Assembly (NCBI GenBank): GCA_047495785.1
Contig: JBLDXI010000032.1
Span: 2,604,001-2,668,000, forward strand
Direction: 5' to 3'
DNA length: 64,000 bases
DNA from: Lepidodermella squamata
Taxonomy: Eukaryota; Animalia; Gastrotricha
The notes below the pieces were generated by a model. That model did no database searches. It was not told where the DNA came from and was given only the letters and a program-made list of their open reading frames with translations. How positions within the stretch are numbered: position 1 is the stretch's first letter; every line of letters begins with the position of its first letter. Below, piece by piece: positions 26,899 to 38,170 of the stretch. The position numbers and the translations under genes are program-made.

Positions 26899-28898
26899 AT
26901 GGCTGAAGTTGCTGCTGCTGCTGCGCCTGTTATCAACGATGCAAAACCCAAGAATGGTGAAGAGAAGAAACCGAAAGAGCCGAAAGCCCCGAAGGAGGGT
27001 GGCAAGAAAGAAGGCGGTAAAAAGGAAGGAGGGGGTGGATTCCAGTTGAAGTGCGCTAAGGGTACTCGCGACTGGTCTCCGCTGCAAATGACAATCCGCG
27101 AAAAAGTGTTCGCTACCATCACTTCCGTTTTCAAGCGCCACGGCTGTGAAACAATCGATACGCCGATTTTCGAACTTCGCGAAACCCTAACTGGTAAATA
27201 CGGCGAGGATTCGAAGCTGATTTACGATCTGGCCGATCAGGGCGGTGAAATTTTATCGCTTCGCTACGATCTCACTGTTCCGTTTGCGCGTTATCTGGCT
27301 ATGAACAAAATTCAAGGAATGAGGAGGTTCCATATCGGGAAGGTATACCGCCGCGATAATCCGTCAATCGCTCGAGGTCGCTTCCGCGAGTTTTACCAGT
27401 GCGATTTCGACATTGCCGGCACTTACGACGTGATGATGCCTGATGCCGAGATTCTTCGCTGCATGTACGAATGTTTGACGGAGCTTGGAGTAGGCTCGTT
27501 CTTGATCAAAGTCAACCACCGTCGTCTTTTGGATGGCATGTTCGAAGTTTGCGGGGTTCCGGCTGAGAAATTCCGGGCAGCCTCGTCTTCAGTCGATAAA
27601 TTGGATAAAGAGCCGTGGGAAGCCGTGAAGAAGGAACTGATCAACGAGCGTAATCTCGACCCGGCTTGTGTCGATAAAATCGGTGAATTCGTCCGATTCA
27701 GCGGCGATTCTCAGACAGTGCTGGAGCAGCTAGTCACTCAATACCCGGAACTTGAGCGCAACGCGGCCGCGAAAGAGGGTATTGACCAGCTCCGGTTACT
27801 GTTCAAATACGCCCATCTGCTCGGCGTAGAACGGGTCAACTTTGACATGTCATTAGCACGCGGTTTGGACTATTACACCGGCCCTATTTTCGAAGCCATC
27901 CTTCAAACAACGCCCACGGTTGATGGCAAGGCGGTCTTAGGCAGCGACGGCGAGCCTCTATCCGTCGGCTCGATCGCTGGTGGCGGTCGTTACGATAATT
28001 TGGTCGGTATGTTCGACGCGAAGGGCAGGAAAGTGCCATGCGTTGGCTTCTCCGTTGGCGTCGAGCGAATTTTCGCGATTCTCGAGGCGGTTTTAACGGC
28101 TTCAAAGAGGAAGGCTCGTACAACGGAAACTGAGGTGTATGTTGCCTCGGCTCAAAAGCAAATGGTCACTGAACGGCTCAAAATTGCGGCGGAACTTTGG
28201 AACGCCAACATTAAGGCAGAATATTCGTACAAGTAAGCTTTTACTTCTCGAAAACAAATTCGAAGATTTTTCGGCTGAGTAGTCAAATTACGTCGCTTTT
28301 TTATTTCAAGTCCAGACTATCTGTCAATGCTACTAGCTTTGATTACTTATTTAGGATTTCCTCTCTTGAGTATTGCCCAGTTTGTTGCTCTAAGATTATT
28401 TTTCTTGTTAATTCACTGTCTGGCTCTTAGCTGTATATGACAGCGGCACTTCAGGCGGCGTTATTATTTATAGTTATTAATAGATTTTCGATTCAGCCAT
28501 GGGATAAGTAATTCATGCAGCGCGTGGTCACTTCATCCGCTGCAGTTATCGATTGCTTCTCCTATGTAATTGTTTATACTCGTATGAACGCACGCGCTCG
28601 CTGCGTGATTGATCGTCGTCATCCGATTTGCGCTAATTTCAATCATGTTATTTTTGTCTTTTCTAAAAACAGAGAAAATCCTAAACTGCTCAACCAGCTG
28701 CAGTATTGCGAAGAGACCGGAGTTCCGTTGATGGTCGTCATCGGCGAGGGCGAAGTAACGCGGGGTGTTGTCAAGCTGCGAGACGTCGAATCGCGCGTCG
28801 AACGTGAAGTCTCTCGCGAGGCCTACATTGCTGAGCTCAAGGCTGATATCGAACGCCTCAAAACCCGTGAATCAACCACTGCTCAAAAAGAAAATTGA
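26899..28898 (+). CDS. HARS1: Histidyl-tRNA synthetase; exons 26899-28232 and 28673-28898
   Basis: [76 protein letters not shown]. Confidence 0.96.
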
Positions 28899-29121
28899 GC
28901 GGAAAAGAAAATAAAATCTATATGCTATTATTTCCTTCCTCAAACGCCATAATATTAAAATTGCCTTCATTAAGGTAAAATATTTGAAAGGTGATGGCTT
29001 TAAAAAGACCGGTCTTTGTGGCGAGAATAAAGTTTTGTTGGGGTCCCCAGTGGTTTTCATTTTATAGCATGTTTTTCGCCGTCTATTTCCTTAGTGCCGC
29101 CGCCGCGCTCGCATTATGCGA

Positions 29122-29390
29122 ATGCAAATAGCGCGATGAATCATGTGAGTGTGTGTGTGCTATTTTTAGAACTATGCCCGGCCAATGAGCGCGCGAGTTA
29201 CGTCAGCCAATGAGTGCGCGGCGTAATGTGTATTCACGGTTGCTTTCGTTCGCCTCAAAAGCGCGGGCTCGCCAGCCAATCAGCGTGCGCCGTAGACGCC
29301 GTCTAATAATTTGTGCTTGTGTGTGTTTACTGCATGAATACATCACGCAGTACTTGGTCTATTTGCAGCAGGAGAGCCCAGTATATTTCT
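29122..29390 (+). promoter_or_regulatory. H3.3 promoter: octamer, CRE-like site and three CCAAT boxes
   Basis: ATGCAAAT 29122-29129; GCCAAT at 29181, 29206 and 29275; TACGTCA 29199-29205; probable 5' UTR intron 29472-29537. Confidence 0.6.
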
Positions 29391-29425
29391 ACGTCGCTTG
29401 CATCATCGTGTTTTACTATTGCTAG

Positions 29426-30040
<615 letters not shown>

Positions 30041-31201
30041 AGCAAAGACGTGAGAAGCAGCTAAAAAAATTAACAATTTTTAGGTGTCATCATTCTCGCG
30101 TTTTTTTCTTGCTCGCTCGTTATTTCTCGCTCGGCTCCTTTGTCATTACTGTGCGTTTTTTGTGTCGTCGTTCGTTGTAAAGATACAAACATCTAGCTTA
30201 AAAACAAACAAACCTTGTACTACTTTTCGATGATGATGATAATGATGGTGATGTGATGGCAAACCAAATTTATGAAATTTTTCGTTTCTAGTTTGTTGTC
30301 ATGCAAACAATACACACGCATCTTCATTTTATTAATTTGTCTCACGGCAGACTCGCTTCGATGACGTTCATCCTGTTTTAAAAATTGTGGGTGGCGTAGC
30401 TCAACCTCCTTTTCTGATAGATTTTTTCCAGGTACAAATCTGTTTGGAGACAAGTATGGACGCTTGGTTAGTTGGAAAGAGTGTGCTGCGTGTGTCTTGG
30501 GAGAAATGCGATGATTTGACTTCTTTTGACAGGATTGTATCTTCTCATTGTTTTTGATAATGCAATATGATGGTCTCTTGTAAATACAGATGTATGGAAA
30601 AATACACTGAATAAATGCACGAAAAGATCGAGAATGCGTTTAGTTTGAGCTCGTTACATCATGTCTTTTCCGCCCCCAGGTTTTAGCTGTTCAATTACAG
30701 GCTTCGTTAACACGGCCATCGTTAGTAACGATTTGTGTCACTTTCAATCGCAAAAGACAGTTAAAAACAACCGTTTTCTCAATCACTTGATTAGGTGTCT
30801 ACTTTCGAAGTCATTCGATGCGTTTCTCGCCACTGAACAATTACTATTGAAGTTTATGTTTTTGTGTGTGAGATAATCGGGTAGTCGTCAAAGGAACTGC
30901 GCTCCTGTCATCATCTGCTACTACTATCATATCATTTATCTGTCTGTCATCTGATGAAATTTTAGTACAAAACCGCCACTCTTAATCAAGCTGTTTCGTC
31001 TCTGGAAAGTCAATGAGTTTTTTTTAGACAAATAAAACAATTCTTACTGCATCATAACACCGTGTTTTGTTTCCGTAAAAGTCAGAACATATTTACATAT
31101 TTTTGGAATTTTTATTTTGCGTCTTGCAGCACTCTACAGATATCACGGAACTCTCGCACCTTTCTTTGCCATAAATTTCAATTTGCAAATACAATCTACG
31201 T

Positions 31202-31651
31202 TCAAAAGAAGAAGCCGAGGATCTTGCCACCGACGTGCTTCCGCCTGGCTTCCTCGTGGTCCATAATACCGGCCGACGTGGTTAACACGATGTAGCCGAA
31301 CTGACGAGACGGCAGCAGGTTGGTGGTCCATTGTTCCATATCGTGAACCTTGATGTCGAATCGAGGGGCGATCACACCGCACTAAAACAGCGCACATATA
31401 CAATTATTTTGAAAATATAAAAAGGGTTCAAAACTTACCTTGTTGATGCGACCATTGAGGTTTACGATGATCTTTCCGGCACGGTGGTCGTCGACAATTT
31501 CGAACTCACCAATGTAACCGTGCTTCATCATGACGGTGAGGAACTTAACAATAACCTTGGAAGAGGGACGGATAAGGACCTGACGCTTGCCACGCTTTTC
31601 AGCGTTGCAAATGCTCTTCAGAGCATCAGCCAACACGTTCATGCGCACCAT
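31202..31651 (-). CDS. RPS15A: 40S ribosomal protein S15a (uS8); exons 31651-31439 and 31381-31202, 130 aa
   Basis: [33 protein letters not shown]...GGKILGFFF. Confidence 0.98.
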
Positions 31652-31707
31652 TATTTATCTTAGTGAAATAGTGGCTAAATCACTGAAAAAAACGAAAACG
31701 TTAATAA

Positions 31708-32520
31708 TCAAGTCGAATTCAAATATTTTTCGCTCGGAGTAAACCAATGAACAGCAGTGTCGTTAAAAGATTCAGGCCAGGGACATAAGGTCAGAGGTAA
31801 ATCTTTTTCGATAGAGAAACGCTGAGCCTTAAGAAGATGTTGAAACGTTTGAAAGTTGTTTATATTTATTTCAGGCACCAAGTGATCGCTCATTACCGAA
31901 AAACTATTTCCGACGATCACAATCGAAGCTAACTTCTGTAGGCACCAATTTTTCGCAAGAAATAACTCATAGAGATCTTTATCGCAATGAACGGCAAAGA
32001 GGATAAGAGCCGTCGATCCAAAATCATTCAATGACAGCGAGGCTTCGGCATTCAATACAACGGCGCCAAGTTTATCAATTATCAATTCGTCGGAAGGAGC
32101 AAAAACGGGATCATAGGCGGTTAGAGTAATAGCAACAGAAGATTCCTCTGGATCGAGGATTGACTTGCTCAGCTGACGAGCTACTGCGAACTGATGCCGA
32201 GAAGACAGTGAATGACATAAAGATCCGACTCCAAGACATCTGATTTCGACCGCAGTTATAATTTTACCCCGGCTCTTAATATCATTCAAAGCCATTCTGA
32301 TGTGTGAACATAGAAACAAATACCAAGGCGACTCAGTAATTTCCATTCGCAGGATCTGATCACAGTATCGAGTACAAAGCCCTTCATCTATGTGAGAATC
32401 TAGCGTAACAGATCCAGCCCCATTTTCAGCCATAACTCCAGATGCTATATGTTGAACCGAACGTGCGGCAAACTTCTTTCTGGCTTTACCGCGGACGAGA
32501 ACAAATCCGTCAGCTTCCAT
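31708..32520 (-). CDS. SRRD: SRR1-like protein, intronless, 270 aa
   Basis: N-terminal GFVLVRGK, CLGVGS..SRHQFA, YDPVF, HCDKDLYE..NW, IVGNSF, FNDTAVHWF. Confidence 0.88.
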   Translation of the reverse strand: MEADGFVLVRGKARKKFAARSVQHIASGVMAENGAGSVTLDSHIDEGLCTRYCDQILRMEITESPWYLFLCSHIRMALNDIKSRGKIITAVEIRCLGVGSLCHSLSSRHQFAVARQLSKSILDPEESSVAITLTAYDPVFAPSDELIIDKLGAVVLNAEASLSLNDFGSTALILFAVHCDKDLYELFLAKNWCLQKLASIVIVGNSFSVMSDHLVPEININNFQTFQHLLKAQRFSIEKDLPLTLCPWPESFNDTAVHWFTPSEKYLNST

Positions 32521-32634
32521 TTAACCGGCGACTATGGCGAATCCTAGAATAGCAGCAAAACCAGATAAACGAGCAAGATGGATGGAGAAGATTGGGTTTC
32601 ACGTGAATACCAAATATACCAAGATGACCCTCAC

Positions 32635-32695
32635 CGCATGAGAGTAGGAGAGAAAGAGACAAAAGGGAAAGGAAGCTGCGAAAAAGGGGAAGGGT
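32635..32695 (-). promoter_or_regulatory. Pyrimidine-rich TCT/5'TOP-like leader exon ending in donor GTGAG at 32634
   Basis: Minus strand reads CCCTTCCCCTTTTTCGCAGCTTCCTTTCCCTTTTGTCTCTTTCTCTCCTACTCTCATGCG|GTGAGG. Confidence 0.55.
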
Positions 32696-33023
32696 GACTC
32701 GAAGAAAAGAGTCTCGTGTTCAGCTGAGCCGTGTGACGGAGTTTCACGACTCCGCGTTGCGCTTAAAAATACGTCGATTTTTTTTTATCACTGCATATTT
32801 TTAATAAATCTTTCAAAACGTTGCAATTAAGCATTTTATTTATTATCGAAAATTTTCATTTCCGAAATGACGAAAAAAGGAGGTCAGTCACGTGATAGGG
32901 GCTGTTTTTTTGCCTTACGGGATCTACCTTTTGCTAAAGGCTTCTATTTTTTACACCTCTCTTGTCGTTTTGTGGTGTGAAGTGATAATTACGAAACCAA
33001 TAACATTTTAGAAGTATGATGCT

Positions 33024-36000
33024 ATGAATGGTACAGAAAACTCAGATGCTGCGGCGGAGGAGAAGCCGCAACACTTGAAGTAAGTGAATGGTTTACCGCA
33101 AAGCTGATGCAGCAATATTTTTACTACATATTTTTGGCACCGAGCCATCTCCATTTCGGTTAAATTCTCTAGGTCCCACATTTTTTTATTATTTCCGAAT
33201 CAGGACATTGAATAATGGGACATAGTTACGGCAAATAGGCTTGTTGGCCTTTTTATTGGTTCCCCTTTACCGTGAAAATCTACCTGTTTACCTGAACCTT
33301 CCGTACCTAGAGATTTTATGATGTTTTATGATATGTGTAATAATTCGTTCAACATTAAAGTGTGTAAACTATCGTCATCGGCATAATAAATATGATATTT
33401 TAAGCCAATTGCTGCTATTAATTCAGGGTTTGGGTATTTTATACACTACTCGAAACATTAGGCTTCAGCCGTCGCCGTTTAAAAGATGCTAGTGAAGCTG
33501 TTCGCGATTCTCTCACATTCGTTTAATGTTATCGTTATTGCTGCCATCTCGACTGATCATAAATACGCGTGCTTTTCAATTTAATGTACCCATAACTGTG
33601 GTAAAATTTGATACACGTTAAAGGAAACGACAACTAGTAATATTCATATTCCAAATGTTCAATACCGAGAGCATTTCATGTTGCATAAAATCTAGCCCGG
33701 CTTTCGAGTTATTCTTTATTTTGTGGGAAATTGTTTGCAATTTTTTCATGTCCCTTTTCATTACATTTACAAGTTGCTTTACAATATCCTATTGCTTTCC
33801 AGGTATTTGCAAGAATTTCGCACGACACAATGTCAACTATTTCTGCAGCATAAATGCACCCAGCATCGACCCTTCACGTGTTTCAACTGGCATTTTGCTA
33901 ATCAGCGCCGCCGAAGACCAATTCAAAAGAAGGATGGTACTTTCAATTACAACCCGGATGTATATTGTCCTAAATATAACGAGAATACCGGAATTTGTGC
34001 GGACGGTGACGAGTAAGTTTTATATTAACATAAATCTGTGTGATTAGACAATTAATGCGTGGAATGACCAATTTCATTAGCAAAATCCCAGTTATGAATG
34101 GCGTATTCAAGTAGTTTTTTTTCTGATGTGGTTACTAATTAGCGGCGTCTCCAGCCACGTGATGGCTACGCATTGCATAATTTAGTTCCATTTCATAACC
34201 CATAACCCAATCTGGCTGTCAACATAATTGGATATGCTGTATCCACCCATTGTTGCGCATGATGTCTCGGTTCTGACTGCTCAAGTTTACTTGAATTTAT
34301 CATTAAGTGATTTTAGTCCGATAGAATTTGATATTTTACGTAGCAAAGCATAATTCATGCTTTTTCTTAGTTGCCAATTTGTCCATCGTACGGCGGGCGA
34401 TACGGAGCGGCGATATCATCCGCGCTACTACAAAACGGCTACATGCGTTCACGAAACCGATGCTGAAAACCATTGCGTAAAAAACGGTCCTCATTGTGCT
34501 TTCGCTCATTCAGCAAAAGATTTGCGACAACCTGTGTATGATGCCCGCGAGAAAGCCGAAAAAGCAGCCTCTGGAACTCCCGGTGGACCAGGCCCGATGT
34601 TGCTTGACGGCATCTTATTAGCGGCTGGCGTCGGCAATGGAAATAACGGCTTGAGCAGTTCAATCAGCGGCAAATCTGTCAAGGGAGATCGTCACGGTGA
34701 TAAAGAAGATAAAGACAAGGAGGTGGTCGTCGACGATATGCGATGGAACGACCTGCAGTATGTGCTCATTAACTACAAAACTGAGTTGTGTCGAAAGCCG
34801 CCGCGTCAATGTCGGCAGGGTTACGCGTGTCCGATGTACCACAACAACAAGGACAGAAGGAGATCACCCAAAAAGTGCAAGTACCGCTCGACACCTTGTC
34901 CCAACGTCAAACACGGCGACGAATGGGGTGATCCGAGCCACTGCGAACTCGGCGACAACTGCGCGTATTGCCACACCCGAACGGAGCAGCAATTCCACGC
35001 CGAAGTGTACAAGTCGACGAAATGTAATGACGTGCTGCAGACGGGTCGTTGCCCTCGTGGGCCATTCTGCGCCTTCGCTCACAACGACCAAGAGCTGAGC
35101 ATGGACCGAACCGCGGCGATTACTGCGGAAGAAGTCGGCTCCCAGGCACCGCCAATGTCAGCCGGACCTTATTCAGCCGCCGTTTCCGTCTTCGGTAGCC
35201 AATTCGATGTTGGCCAAACGCCACCTGCTGGTAAAATTTCACCTGAGGGTAGCACTAGCGGCTTGAGCCTGCGAAGCAGCAGTATGTCTGAGACTCTGGC
35301 TTCGCTTGAATCGTCATACGTCGCAGCTCTGCAACACCAGCAAATGCAGCAGCATCGCAATTCGAGCGGCTCGAACCAAGTTCCGGGTTTCCATCGCTTT
35401 TCATCCGGTTCGTCGGCTGTTTCGCCGGGTGTGCCGATCGGGCATGGCGGTCGTAACCCTGATATGGCTGCGGCAGTTCACGCGCTTTCTTCTAGCTGGA
35501 ACGCTCTTTCGTTTTTGTCGTCGCTCAATAACCAGACGGCTGATGGTTCGTCCGTGTCGTCCGGCTTTGGCGGCGGTGTGCCCGACGATGGATCGCCTCC
35601 TGATGTTGTGCAATCACTGAGTCTATCACAGGTGCCTTCGGGCATGTCCGGGCTGTGGGGCAACTCGAACCGCCGAGCTGTCGCCATAGCTTCGAGACAA
35701 AAGCTCGGGCGGTCGATGTCGCTCAACGCCCCGCTCGGACCACTTTCGCCGCGCTCATCTGACTTCGGCCCATCCGGTAATGGCATCAACAGCAGCGGCG
35801 GCATCCCTCTGTTGGTACCTAATGAAGAGCCCGATGATTTCGATTTGACCTCGATCGACAAAGAATTGCTAAGTGCAAGCAGCACTGGTCAACAGTCGAC
35901 TGCAGATCGCCTCGGTTTGAGTTCTAGCCGAATGACCCACGACAGCGGCGATAGTACGGATAGCATCAATGGACCTTCAAATATTAATGGTAATTTTTTA

Positions 36001-37912
36001 ATTTCCCTATTTTTTTCTTTGCTTAGTTCAAGCATGTGATTGTCTTCACAAATCCTTGGTTCACGTGTGAACTAATTCTTTTTTTATCTTAGTAACTGCC
36101 CCTCATTTATCTATCGGAAGTCAACGGCTATTTTTAACTGTGATAACGAAGTAATATTGTAGGAGGGGGCGTGTTTTAAGTTGCTCTACTGTGGCGTATC
36201 ACCCTTGCCAATAATTCTGTAGGAAACGAGTTCATTATTCATTATAAACGCCCGATCCAAATTTTGCGACAATTAACTGCGAGCAAGATAAATCATGAAG
36301 AGATATTAACATTCCGGCTTTGCCATGTGAGATCAACTGAAAATTTCCTGGGTTTGTTATCATCTCTGAAGGAAAAAGGAAAGTAGAACTATTAAATAAT
36401 CAAAAACGGGAACAAGCACTGGCGGGTATGATAAAAAAAATTGAAATGGGGCTGAAAAATTACCTCAATTTATAAGACCTTATCATTGTTGAATCACAAT
36501 CGCGCTTCTCGCAATATTTGATCACACCTAATAATATTTTTAACAAGAGTCAATAATTATCAACAGTACACGCGTTTTAACGTCGAAAAATGACTTAATT
36601 AGGTAATTAGCGGAAGTGTGCCGACGTGCTCAGACACGTGCTTTTAAAAAGAGTCTAAATATACTGAACTAATTGAATCAATTTTATTTTCGTTTTTTTT
36701 CAATTAGGCTCATCAGCTGTCTGGGGCACTCCGCCACATTCTGCTGCAATGGTAGCTGCCACCCTTGGAAGCACAAATAGCCTGTCGGGAAGTATGTCCG
36801 GTGGACCAGGAGGTCTTTCCGCCGTAGCTGCGGCGCTTGGGGTCACTGATAATGCCGTGTTCTTGCCGTCAAACAACTCGAACAGCACCCCAAATGGCAA
36901 CCAGATGCCACTGTCCCACGGCCTGTCCCTGCCAGCCGAAGCTAGCATTCTTCATGCCTTTGGCGCCCTGCAAGAGCAGCAACGCCAACAGCGCCAATTT
37001 CAACACCAACGCAGCGAAAACTGGCTTGGTCAAGTCGAAAACGCCTCTATGGGGATGTCTGACATGCACATGGACAACCACCATCCGCACCACCGAATAC
37101 GTTCACTGAGCTCTTGCGTCTATCCCACCAGTGGTAACTCGGGTTTCAATAGCGCTCGTAGCGAAGGGGAGGACTTGACTACATTTCTACGCCGGTCTGG
37201 TCTTATTGACGCTATGGTAATATTTCTCGCAGAAAAAATACCGGTTCATTTTTAGTCTCCCGTGTTTTTTAAGAATGTCGATCAACAGCAGAACTACGAG
37301 CGCGAGATAAACAAACTGCGTCATCAGAACGCGCGTTTGCTTGTTCAGCTGAAGGAAGTCGGCGGTGACGCTGCAGTTGCGGGTGCAGCCCTAGGCTCGA
37401 CCAACGACGTAAATCTCGTTGCTAGCCAGCTTGTCGATATCAGGCAGTCACTTTTGGTGAGTCATCAGCGATTAATTTTGGATAAATTAAATTTTAAGCT
37501 GGATTTTTTAATTTGAAATCAATACTGAATATTTTATTTCCAGGATAATTTGACGACTGTGAATGCGCTGCTGCTCACTCATATGGCCTGTTCCGCGTGT
37601 GGCAACGGCATTGGGGTGGAGCAGCCAACTTGCGATAACGCCACCCTGCTCGGCAAGTGCGCCCACGCTCTTTGCGGCGGCTGCAATGCTAAACTGCTGC
37701 CTTGTCCGATGTGCACGGCGCACGGCCAGGCCGGTAAGAACTCGCTGAACGGTCGCATGACCTCGAAAACCGCCATGGATCTGCGCGCAGCTGCCACCGC
37801 CGCGGCAACTGTTGCCCTCGAGTCGACATCGCGCCGCCGTCGCCTTTCCGCTGGCTCGAAAGAACAGCTCCTGCTGCAGCAGCAGCAAATCCTGCTTCAA
37901 CAACAGTTGATG

Positions 37913-37946
<34 letters not shown>

Positions 37947-38170
37947 CGTTGCGACATCAACACAACCATCGCACGAACCAGTTCCACCCGTACATGATGA
38001 AGGGCCAGCAGCAGGTCGTGTTGTCGAATAACAGCGCCGCTGAGAATCAATCGCCGACGAAGGAGCACATCTCGACGCCGTCGCCGCCCAACGACGCTAA
38101 CAACGGGACAATCGACTCGGCTCGAGAGAACAGCAATGTAATGAGCAGCCCGAAAGAAGTCTCGGAATGA
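33024..38170 (+). CDS. UNK: Unkempt (tandem CCCH zinc fingers, coiled coil, RING-like domain); exons 33024-33079, 33803-34012, 34371-35989, 36708-37216, 37274-37456, 37544-38170
   Basis: EKPQHLKYLQEFRT, HRTAGDTERRYH, YKTELCRKPPRQCRQGYACP, YCHTRTEQQFH; C-terminal CSAC..CAHALCGGC..CPMC. Confidence 0.93.
37863..37945 (+). repeat. CAG/CAA poly-Gln tract in the unkempt last exon
   Basis: EQLLLQQQQILLQQQLMQQQQQQQQQQQP. Confidence 0.9.

Noticed and set aside
30880-30960. C-box-like ATGATGA near the RPS15A 3' end (possible snoRNA)
   Set aside because: No matching D box or terminal stem found; not intronic
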